Source: Peribolospora baueri (Eukaryota). From it: a DNA stretch of 57,648 nt. The notes beneath the pieces were generated by a model. That model was not told where the DNA came from. It was given only the letters and a program-made list of their open reading frames with translations, and searched no databases. This document shows positions 1 to 10,818 of the stretch, in pieces. Numbering within the stretch: position 1 is the stretch's first letter; each line of letters begins with the position of its first letter. A program made the position numbers and the translations under genes. Location: the NCBI GenBank assembly GCA_029717555.1, contig JAMDHS010000026.1, forward strand, positions 186,001 through 243,648, written 5' to 3'.

Positions 1-478
1 GACCGAACCTTTCTTCTTCTTGAGCAGCAAATCTCGAGCGGCGGACAGATCTTGTGGCGGTATGGAAGGTAGAGAGTCGAAGAGGGATTTGAGTCGTCGA
101 AGGACGGTTTCCAGCGCGGTCGCTCTGTCGTACGCAGGACGCACTTCCTTGAGGAGCTCATCGATCTGTGCGCATGAGGGAAAAGGTCACATTGGTGGCA
201 GATGAGAAGAGCGTCCACTCAGAACAAAAACACTCCATCCTGAAACTTACCTGCAGCTTGAACACGTTGCTCTTGAACAGCTCTCCAGTCTGCTTCAAGC
301 TTTGCACCTCCTCGTGCGACGGCGGCGCGTAGAGCCCTGTGGTGCCCTTTCCCTTCCTCGACGAGCTCTCCCCAACTCCCCGCTCAGCATTGTTACCGGC
401 GTTGTCTCTCCCCAGACCAGCAGCCGCCATCTCTTCGTCGTCTAGTCCTCCATCCATGTCGGAAAGCGCGGTCGGCAT
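1..478 (-). CDS. UTP22: U3 snoRNA-associated protein 22 (Nrap/NOL6 family), 5' part; gene runs off the window start
   Basis: ATG at 478. Exon 478..251, intron 250..166 (CAG|GTAAGT...CACAG), exon 165..1. Splicing gives LYAPPSHEEVQSLKQTGELFKSNVFKLQ|IDELLKEVRP, matching the Utp22 N-terminal ELFKSNxFKLQIDELL motif. Confidence 0.9.
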
Positions 479-2640
479 GGGAAGATGGCCACACTTGGAT
501 CGGCGGTGTGAATCTGCTCGAGTTGCTTTTGAGTTCGAGATCGAGGGAAAGACTGCGGCCACCGTTCTGGTTCTCACGGTCGTCGATCACCGAGGTCGGG
601 ATCGCGTGTGTAGCGGAGAGCCTGAGGATTATCAACATGGCCGTCGACAATCCCCTTTGGTGACAAGGATGGGCGGTTGAAAGACGTCAGGAGGGCCGTC
701 GAAGCTTGGCGCCTAGTCTATCCAGCGTCTCGGTGGTTGCTTGGAGGGGTTCCTCCATGATGTAGTCTTTTGGTAAGGATGCTTGTCATCGGACCCCTGT
801 TTTCACTTCTCCGAATCTGGACGACAGATGAAATGATGGAGACGGAGACGCAGGCGAGGCGAGAGGTACCAGGCGACCACGTAGATGAACCCGGTAAGGA
901 GGACCGAACTTTACGTCGGGAGGAAGTGGTCCAGGCATTCGCGCGAGCACCTCGCCGACACCAACATCGGGTGGGAGAGGCGCATTCCCCGGCTGCGATG
1001 GGAGCCTTCTCGGACACGCCCTTCAGGACCTCGTCATCCGATTTCTGCGTCATGTCCATCTGGCATCCCGCCTCTGTGACTGCTTCTCCCCCGTCAGATC
1101 TGTCGCCTTAAAGACATCGCGCAGTCGAGCAATGCAGGTGCGGACAAGATCATCTTCATCTTACCTGGCTTCCTCCCGGCGCCAACGCGTTGGCAAAGTG
1201 AGCATTCAAGGACCAAGAACTTCCGATCTACTGTGCCTATTCCGAGGTGCGGATCAGGGTATAGACGTTTTGGCTATGATGTGAGCCGGCGTCCTCCTTG
1301 TTCGACTCCTTCCGCGTGGCTCCTGCGATTACGCTCTCTCTTGGAGTGGCTACCAGCGGAATCCAGAAGCCGTCCTCCGTTCGTGCGTACGGTACGTCCA
1401 CTTTGCGAGTGGCCTTGCCAAAACAAAAGTCGGAGATTGGCGCCTGCTGAGCACCCGGAAAACAGTCAGCTGCAGAATCACGCTCGAGACGACAGGCTCC
1501 GTCCGAGAACTTGTGAGCCTACACCTGCTCCAGCTAGCTAGCGAATGGGAAACGACGGTGAACAGAGGGGAAGGTGCTTGTCAACAAAGGAGACGAAAGG
1601 ATGCGCGCGGGTCGGCTTTCGAAGATCTCTCGGCGGATAACGCACTGGGCCTGGACGCACGCCGACGGTTCGAGGCTCCTTTCTCGGCGATACATTGTTT
1701 TAGTTTGTTCTATGGATTGACAGGAAAAGGGCCATGGAGGGAAGCGCGCGCACAGATGCCGGCGTTCTCATGTCGTCGCAGGCGGCTTGCCCCGCGACAA
1801 CAGGTATACCTCGACCATGGGAGACTACATACAGGTAGGCAATGGAGGCGAGCACTGGCACTGGAACGCTCATTGAGAAGAGTGAACTGTCGCTCGCGAT
1901 GTTTCCCGACCAGGGTGGCCGGACTGACGTCCCTTGATAGCCCGACCAACCTCTGGACTCGGCTGTCCGCTTCGGTTTTACGTAGATAGTAACCCACGAT
2001 GTCCTGAGCCAGGAGAATGCTGCCCACCATCACCTGAAGGGCTTGTCCGAGACGGTCGGACTGGTACTGAAGGCCAAGGCGTCGCTGCTTCGTCCCATCT
2101 TAGGGCTAGCCTGGTCGGCTTGTCGACACTCCAAAAGCAAGCTCGATGTTGTGCAGAGTGTGGAACACAGATCGAGCCTGGCTATCGCCGTCTATCTATC
2201 TATGACGGCGGGCCGCGCTCGATCGCCCTCGTCGAACAAGCCTCCTCGCCGGGCCGTCGGAATGGAGCAAGGTTGGGCTCGTCAAGCGCTGTGGAGCCAC
2301 ATCCGTAGCTGCTGACGTCCATACTCGTCCTCTTTTACTCGAGCAGTTTAGTTAGTCACTACCAGTGGTCAGTCGGCAATGCTATTGATTTCACTGCTCC
2401 AGGTCGCACCGAGCTGCGCCGGGGTCTAAGGACGTCGGATCTTTCCTTTGTCGACGCCGCGCTGCGGCCAACTCTTGCGCCCTCTCCGCCAAGCCGACCG
2501 GCCGCTTTGCGTGGAGATCATCTCGTCTAGGCACAGACAAGAGGATTCAGGGCCATGCTCGGCAGAAGATGGATGTTGTGTGCGGCTGATACGGCAGAGA
2601 TGGATGGGTGGAGTGTCGGTGGCCGTCGGCTTGTGCGCCA

Positions 2641-2710
2641 CCACCTTTCACCTTTCTTTCACCTTATCACCGTTCACCTCTCACCTTCATCTTTCACCTT
2701 TCATCTTTCA
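2641..2710 (+). repeat. Degenerate (TTCACCT/TTCATCT)n pyrimidine-rich tandem repeat
   Basis: About 9-10 imperfect 7-mers upstream of the 3289 gene. Confidence 0.6.
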
Positions 2711-3288
2711 GTCCCTTGACCGTCCTCCTCCGCACGTGGTCGCCGCCGTCGCCGTCCCCTCTCCTTCTCTCACATCCACATATACCCACCGGCCGTGCCC
2801 CGGCCGACGTGCAGCTCAGCGCCTTCCAGTCGCCAGCCCGAGACACCGACTCTGGCTACAGCACCGACCTCCGCTCCGTCGACACGCGGTTCGTTGATCG
2901 GAGCTGTGGCGCTGCAACCGGTCGTACGCGGTCCACCGTCCGCCCTTACTCCGCCCTCGGACCTCTTTCGCTATCGCTTTGGCATCGCGCTCGTCCAACG
3001 TCCGGGGGCTCGTCGGCCTTCCCTGCACATATAACGTCCGTCGTCTCTGAGCCTGAGCACCGCATGAATCGTCCAGCACCCAGCGTCCGTCTGCGGTGGT
3101 GAGGCGCCCATTGTCCACATTCTCCGCACAGCATTCTCATCGCATCGTTCGCCCACGACAATCCTAGTCACACTACACGCTCCCACAAGCCAGTTCAGTT
3201 CGTCTGACAGCGGCTCAGACGGGTGCGCGTTCGCTCATCCTGCTCGGCTGTGGATTTCCCGCTTGCTCTCGTTTGTTCTCCGTCTCCC

Positions 3289-6200
3289 ATGGCCGCCTCG
3301 GTGGACAATTCTCGTCAAAGCCAGCGGTGGTCCACGTTGAGACGCTTCGGCGCGGTCGCCAGCTCCGCTAGCCATTCCCCTATCCTGCCGAGCAAAAAGT
3401 CCAAGCAGCGCGGCCTCCGCCCTTCCAGCGGTCCAGGTCGGACAGAAGAGCACCCCGCCGATGCTCAGCACAAAGACGGCAGAGGTGTGGACGATGAGGA
3501 CGACGAGAGCGACGAGAGCGATGAGAGCGACGAACTGATATGGGATAAGGTGAGTGGACGCGCACCCTCTTCCCCGGTTATGCGCTTGGTTTCCTCCCCC
3601 AGACGTCGCTCGCTCCTGCGGAGCGGAGCTAACGTATGCCCTTCCCAACTTCGATCGATAGAATGACACTCATTTCATGGACGAGGCTAGCCGTCCATCG
3701 TCAAGCTCGTCCAGGACCGCATTCTACGCGCTGCCCGAGACATCCTCCCTTCCCCACCTCAACCCTTCTTCTGCCAGTCAGCGCACCGGCTCCCTCACCG
3801 ACCTCCATCTCGTCTCTCCTTCCCCAGATGTCGGCTTCGTGCCGAGTCACTCTCCCGCTGGGTCAAATCCGTCATTCGTCTCCGTGGGTAGCTTGGGAGG
3901 ACGAAGCAGCAATCGAAATTCGATCTTGGCCAACCTGGAAGAGCTGGCGCCGGTTGGCGCGGACAGCATGCACGGAGTCTCCAGCGGTGTTTTGAGAGGA
4001 AGGAGCTCGAGCAGCAGCTTGCAGCACGGCGAGCAGCTTCACTCGCGAACCGTCTCTTCCGCCTCTTCCAGCTCGTTCTCGGGCTCCGTTCCTGGCAGGT
4101 TCTCTAGCTCTTCCCAATTTCGTCCGGGTACTTCCAGCTCTGCTGGTGCTCATGCATTGCCCACGGGCGAGAGGCCCCCAAGCGTTTCCGCAAGCAAAAC
4201 GTCGCTTTCTACCCTCGGTCTGTCGCCGGGCGCCAAAGCCGCGAGCGACTTTAATGACGGCAGGCGTGGCGGCGGCGGCAACGGCGGCGTGATCCACGGC
4301 TCGCTAGAGCGCGGAAGGGAGGGGGACGCACCTGCACCTCCTCCCAAGCAGGCTGCCTCCGGTCGCCCTCTCGCGCGCCCGCAATATACGAGCGGTGCGA
4401 ACGGAATGCAGGACAGACACCGCCCTGCCGACCTTTGCCTGACTGGGCGGCCGCGCCTACTACCCGGCGAGCCTTCTCCGAGGAGGGCGGAAAAGTCCTC
4501 CAATGTTTCGCAGAGGCCAGCTATGTCACCGGCATCCGCTTCACACGCCCGGGCGGGCCGTTCGCCTCTGAAGGCGGCGCCCACGCCCCCTTCCAAGGCG
4601 GAACCAACCTCTCTACCGCCACCAAGAACACCCCCATTCCGACGCGTCGACAGCGCTTCCGGTCCCGTCACACCCAGCAAAGTGCTCGGCGCATCGACTG
4701 ACTCCGACGCCAGTCACTCCTCGCATGCACCCTCGTCCGCCGCTGCAAACAACACTGGACGTATATCGCCTGCGACCCAACCGCGCTCCTCGGTGGGCAG
4801 CGGCATGTCTGATCGGCTGCACAGGATCTCTTTCCTTCCTGGAGGGCGCTCGAGGCCCTCAACGGCGGATTCCTCCTCTTCACGACGGAAAGACCGGCGG
4901 TCGACCGCTCATCAGGGACTCACCGCCGTGGCGGCGCCGGTGAAGAGCTGGAGGAAAGTGACCACTTGGCGCGGCAAAGGGGCCGGGGCCGAGGAGCGTC
5001 CGGAGGCGCCCGTCCAAGGAGATCGGCCGGATGTCATCATCGGCCGTCCCATCGTTGAGAAAGAGCATGAGAGCCCGGCCATTTCGCGACACGCTAGCAC
5101 AGTGGACGAAGAAGATGCCCAGTCGACGGCGGCGGTCGACGAGGAGGAGGACACGACGTCGACCTCGAAACCCGACCCCGATCCCGTCCTGCCCTTGCAC
5201 CCTCTCAAGCTGGAGACTTCCGATTTCGGCTCGCTCGACTTTAGTTTGATGTTCGACGACCCAAATTGGACCCCGGCCACGACCGGCGGCGGCGGCAGTG
5301 CCGACATCGGTTCGTCCAAGGTGCAGCTGCTGGGACCCACATCGCCAATGTCATTCTCTACTTCATCGATCTCTCCCGGAGGCTCCTTTCTGGCGCCCTT
5401 GTCGTTCAGTTCCAGGTCTGCATCTCGTCCCGCCTCCGATACCAGCGAGGAACCATACAAGGACGTCGATCTGCAAGGCAAACCGGGGCCATCATCGTTC
5501 GTGTCTCAGAAGCCTCACTCGAGTTCGTTCATCACGGACGTATCGCAGCCCTCGCAACCAACGCCGCCGAGCCCAACGGCACCAGAGTCTTGGACGCCGC
5601 TGTTAAACGGCTTCGAGGCGAGTCTGGATCTGACGCTGAACAGGCCGGGTCAGCCGGAGAGAGTGCCGAAAGAACCGCCGAGGTTGAGCTTGTCCGAGTT
5701 GGATTCGACGGTGGTGGACAGTTCACTGTTCTCCGGGTCGCTGGCATTGGCTGCCAAGCCTCCTTTGCCGCCTGGGGCATCGAGCAAGGGCCCTATGATC
5801 CCTCCGCGATCTGCGCGTGCTCCATCTTTTGCGCCTTTACGCTCCGAGATGTCGCGCATACGCAGCGGCAGCGATCTCAGCGCCATGAGCGTCGCGACGA
5901 GCGGCTCGGGCGGCAAATCCATGGCGTTTATCGACCGGAGACGCGGCGACAACAGCGCAGACGTTCATACCGACTACCCTCCCAGCAATGACTCCCTCGA
6001 CTCGTTGTCGGCTTCCCAACTGCCGAACAGCATCGGTTCTCCCGTCGTCGGCGGGCCTGGGGGCAGCATGCGCCCCTTCCGCCGAGGATCGGCACACTTG
6101 GGCTTTGGCGCAAGCACCGGCGCCGACGTCGTTTCCTTGGCCAGGAGAGATAGGTCCGGCTCTTCCTCTTCCAAGCGACTGACGATGGAGAGCGCTTCAG

Positions 6201-7891
6201 GGGACGGGCCAAGACCACCCGGCGCCGCATCAAAGGCGGCAGGTCCCTTGGGTGAGGCCGCGGCGCAGCGCAGGGTGGAAGTGTTGCCGGAAGTAGGCGA
6301 GAGCGAAGTGCAGGAAGAACTGCCGAGTCCGGAGAGTGGTGTGTTCGAGAAGGGCGAGGGCGAGGTGTCGCCGAACGCCAAAGAGCATGTGCGAGAGGAC
6401 GACGACGTGGGCCTTCACACCACTTCGAGCTCCAAGCGGAGTTCCACCGCGAGCAGGCGGAGCGACGGCGTGGGCATGTCTTTGCGCGAGGCCGAGAGGG
6501 GCGAGCTGACGACCAAATCGGCAGCCTCGGCCTCGGCCGCCTCTCCCTCTCCCCCCCCCTTCTCCGTGGCCTCGAGTCGTCGACCTAGCATGGACAGCTT
6601 CAAGAGCGCAATATCGTCGGTGAGCTTGGGGTCGTCGGCGGGATCGCCACCTCGACTGGGAGGGCTCAGATCGGCGATGGGAGGATCGACGGGGAGCTTG
6701 AACTTTGTGCCTCGCGGGAACGAAACGACGGTCGGGCATGCGGGCCGAGGCTCGTCGTCCGCCGACGACATGGCACCTGGCCGATTCAGCACGAGCTCGG
6801 AATCGTTCGAACGTGGGCGCGTCGGTTTCGGTGCTGGTGCTGGTGCTGCCGTCGGCGTCGGCGTCGCATCCGCACAAGAACGGAATCCGAGGCGGGCGAA
6901 TTCGAACAGCGACTTGTACGGCGCCAGGTCGAAGGCGACGGTAATCAGGTCGTCTCCTCAGAAGGTGCTGGGCGGCGGTAGTAGTGAGCGCAGTCAAGGC
7001 ATGGGCTCCATTGAGGTTATCGGCCGGCCTCCGGGCGGCTTCGTTGGCCATGCGGCCACGTTACCGAGGCGAATCGGTGGGGGCGGGGGCGGGGCGGGTA
7101 GAGCGAAACGGGGAGCCGCTTCGAGCGTGGAACGATCGACGACGGGCGACGATGACGTGCCGTCGATCAAGCACGCCTTTGGACGACGGTCGTTTGCGAG
7201 AGCGGGCGCGACGGCGTCGGCAGCGAGCATACGCGCGTCCACCATCTTCCAAGCCGTCGATGTGCTGGGGGGTAAAACATCGGGCGCGGTCGTCGACGGC
7301 GCGCGGGCACCACCGCCGCCGCTTGTGCTGGGCAGAGAGGCGGAGATGGAGGGGCCGTCGTGCGGCGCCAGAGGCGCACGCAGCTCGCCGGGAGCATCGC
7401 CGTCACCTTGGAGGAGGTCTCCGCGAACGCCGCCGGTGCTGACGTATTCGCCGCAACGGCGTCCGTCGAATCCTCCGCTTCCGCCTCGGCCTGAATCGGT
7501 CCTTCCGGCGGTGGAGCGGGCCGAGGCGTTGCGGGCGTTCGAGGCGTCGGGGGAGGGGGCGGGGGCGGAGGCGGAAGAGGTGATTTTGGGTGGGGGTGAG
7601 AGGGGAGAGGGGGAAGAGGAGAGAGAGGAAGGCTTGGAAGCCGTCGTCGAGGGCGGACGAGCGGACGCGGTGGCCGAGGCCGGCCAAGGCGTCCCCGGGA
7701 ATGTCGGTGAGGGCGAGGTGGACGGCGGTGCGGGGTTGGGCCCGTCGGTGCCGTCGTCGCCGGGGGGGAGCCAGAACGGCGGCCGGTCGAGCTTGTCCAG
7801 CAGCCGGTCCGCGCGGTCGTTGCGGTCCTTGTCGGCACGGGAAAGACCGAGCAGTCGGGCGAGCGCGAGCTCGAATTACGCGTACATATGA
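3289..7891 (+). CDS. Hypothetical Ser/Pro/Gly-rich, largely disordered protein (~1,496 aa)
   Basis: join(3289..3549,3662..7891). Intron GTGAGT...GCTAAC...GATAG joins ELIWDK|NDTHFMDEASR in frame with the 1404-aa ORF. No domain recognised. Confidence 0.75.
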
Positions 7892-10076
7892 TGGAGCGGC
7901 GGTGGTGGTGCCGTCATCGTCGACGCCTCGCTTCTTTCTTGTCGCATTTTTTTCTTTCTGTCTCGTCGTACCGGTCGTATTCCATGTCAAAGTTCGATAC
8001 GTCTATAACCCCCCCTCGCCCCGGAGGACGGATTCCGTCTCGGATGCGCGCTTCTTTCTTCTCTCCATCGATTCCATCTATCTCTGCTTCCTCGTGCCAG
8101 TTATGTTGCGGTTTTTGTCGTGCTGCTTGCTGTCGTGCTCGTTCGCTCGTTCGCTCTTTTCTTCGATGCCGCATTCCCGTCCTCGCTCTGTCCTCAGTTT
8201 GGTTCTCTCTGTCGGCCGGCTTGTTCTTTTCTGTTTTGACGTGATGCGTGACGATCGATTCCTCTTCGGGACCGGTTAACGGATAATGATAACGATACCG
8301 CGTGCTGTACCCCACCTTCACGCCACTTGGCGGACAGAAGGCATGGATCGATCGTCGGCGAGGAGAAGGGAGAAGAAAAATTCCGACGGAGGCGGTGTGG
8401 TGTGGGTTCTCTGTCACGCGCCAATTGCTCGCTCCGTTGGTCGTCGGTCGTCGGTCGTATCTCGCTCGCGTTGTCTCGCCGTGTCGGGCTCGGGCCGCCG
8501 TTTCGTTTCGTTTTGTTGCCGAGCCAAGCCGAGCCGTGCCAGCCGATGCGTGCGATCTGGTCTTGCGTACGTGCTTGTTCGCTTAGCCGCGATGCGACGC
8601 GCGACTCGCGATGCTTCCCAAGTGCGACGGCGGCGGCAACGACGGGCGGCGGCGATGGTGGCATTGGCGTGCGTGCGAGTTTGCTCTACCCTTCCCCCCA
8701 AGTCGGCCCTAAGCAAGTCGGTTCGGGTTCGGGTTCGACTTGGGGGCTTCCGCTTCGGCCGGCTTCGATCTCGATCTCGAATTCGATTGATTTCGTGTGC
8801 GAGCGCGAGCGGTCGGCCGAACCGACCGACCGACCGACCGACCAGGCAATGCATAGTGACCGCCGAACAATAAAACAGTACGGTACATGCATAGATGGAT
8901 TTAAGCGTCCGCCGGGGCGAAAAGTGTCGTGTCGTGTGTGTGTCCGTGTTAGACGTGGTGGACGTGGGTGTGTGTGTGCGGGCGCGGAGGGACGGGATAG
9001 GATGGACGGAATCAGCGGTATCGTATCGTCTCTTCGTTTCCTCCCGCGTGCCCCGAGGGGTTCCGCTCTCGTCCCGTCCAGTTTCGTCCGTTCCGGGCCC
9101 GACGAGCGAGGGCAAGACAAGACAGGGCGATGGACGAGTGGGAGTGGGAGTCGGAGTCGATCGTCGGCGAGCGCCGGATGGGAGGTCGGCCGCAGGCGGG
9201 CGGGTTGTCTTGTTCTGTTCTGTTCTGTTCTGTTCTGTGGACGTGAATGGAGAGATAGATGGCTGAGACACGATCGAGCGATACATATGCCCTGAAGAGA
9301 AGGAAGGGATCGGCGATATGTTTCTGAACACGTATGTATGTATGTATGTATATACGGACGCCGGGATTCGAGAGCCCTGTCGCGCGCCCTCTTCTGTGCT
9401 GTGCTGTCCGTCTGCTCCGTCTCGCCCGTAGCTACCGACGTCGGTCGCCTGCCTGCCTGCCTGCCTGCTCTGTGATTCTCGATGTCGGCGGGCGTGGGGA
9501 GCTACTGGGGATGCGTATCCGGTGTGGACGAGTGGACTGCGGGAGTGCGGGAGTACTGGCATACGAGAGTACTGAAACACGGAAACACTGGAATACTTGA
9601 ATATGTACTGGACTGCAATCCGGCAATACTGGAAACGAAAACGAATATACTCCCACCCTCGTTCTTACGCATGAGCCAACCCGCTTTACTGCGTTTCATC
9701 ACCCAGCCCAAACCCAGCCCGGCGGCCGATCATCGCCATCGACACGGCCGAAGCGGGCCTTGTTCGTCAGTCAGTCAGTCAGTCAGTCGTCGGTCATTTA
9801 TTCACAGCCATCGACAGCCACAACCACAACCACCAGCCCGACCCCCTTTGGCGTCTTCCTCTCCCTCCCTCTTTCCTTAACTCACCACCGACGCCCTCCT
9901 CACCCCATCCTATCATCCCCGCTGCAGCCACGCTACGTTGCCTTGCCGCGCATCTCCCCGCTCCTATAGACTTTCATCCGCCCCTCCTCGGCCGCATACA
10001 CACACCACACCACCACCGACCGTCGCACAGAGCCAACGTAGTTATACCTCCCTGCTTCGCTCTGCTTCCCTGTCTT

Positions 10077-10135
<59 letters not shown>
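10077..10135. repeat. Compound microsatellite (TCTG)n(TC)n
   Basis: Direct reading of the sequence. Confidence 0.95.
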
Positions 10136-10307
10136 AGTAACCCTGTCGCCCGTCTGTCAGTCAGCCGGCTTGCTGCTGCCCGCCCCCGATCGCGACCCCA
10201 CACCTCTCCACCCCGCCTCCTCGCCTTCGCAGCCAGGCCTGCCTTCCTCCGCGCCCATCCATCCCCATCCATCTCTCCGCCCGCCTCCCGTCCTCCACCC
10301 GCCACGA

Positions 10308-10364
10308 GCAAGTGCAAGTGCAAGTGGAAGAGCGAGTGCAACTGCAACTGCAACTGCAACTGCA
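10308..10364. repeat. Hexamer repeat (GCAAGT)n/(TGCAAC)n
   Basis: Direct reading of the sequence. Confidence 0.85.
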
Positions 10365-10818
10365 TCTCACCGCCCGCTCTTATCTCCTCGCCTCGCCGCC
10401 CCGTCGTCACATGCGCCTCCACTCTCGCGACCACCTCCGTCGCCTTCACGTCGCCGCACCAGGTAGAGGTAAGCCGAATCTCGTCACCGCCGGCTTCATC
10501 TCTCCGACCCGCTCCCCTTTGCTCACGCCTTCCGCGCCCTCCTTTCTTCCCTCCCTTTTTGCTGCTTCTCGCTCGTCAGGCAGTCCACTCTCCCTTCCCC
10601 TTCGCCCTGCCGCAACCGAAAAAAAGAAAACCGGCGTCGCCCCTCGTCCCCCGTCGTCGCCCTTCCAACCCCTGAGCCTGCGACCTATCACCGGCGACGA
10701 CGACGACGACGGACCTGCTCAGGACAGACGACGCTCCTTCTCCCCCGCTCGGCCTTGAGCGACAAGTCGGCCCCCGCTCGGCCTTGACCGGCAAATCCGC
10801 CCCCGCTTCACCTCCGAA

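Noticed and set aside
7900..10400. Many 100-390 aa ORFs in the microsatellite-rich spacer
   Set aside because: No codon bias or domains; they arise from short tandem stutters in GC-rich DNA.
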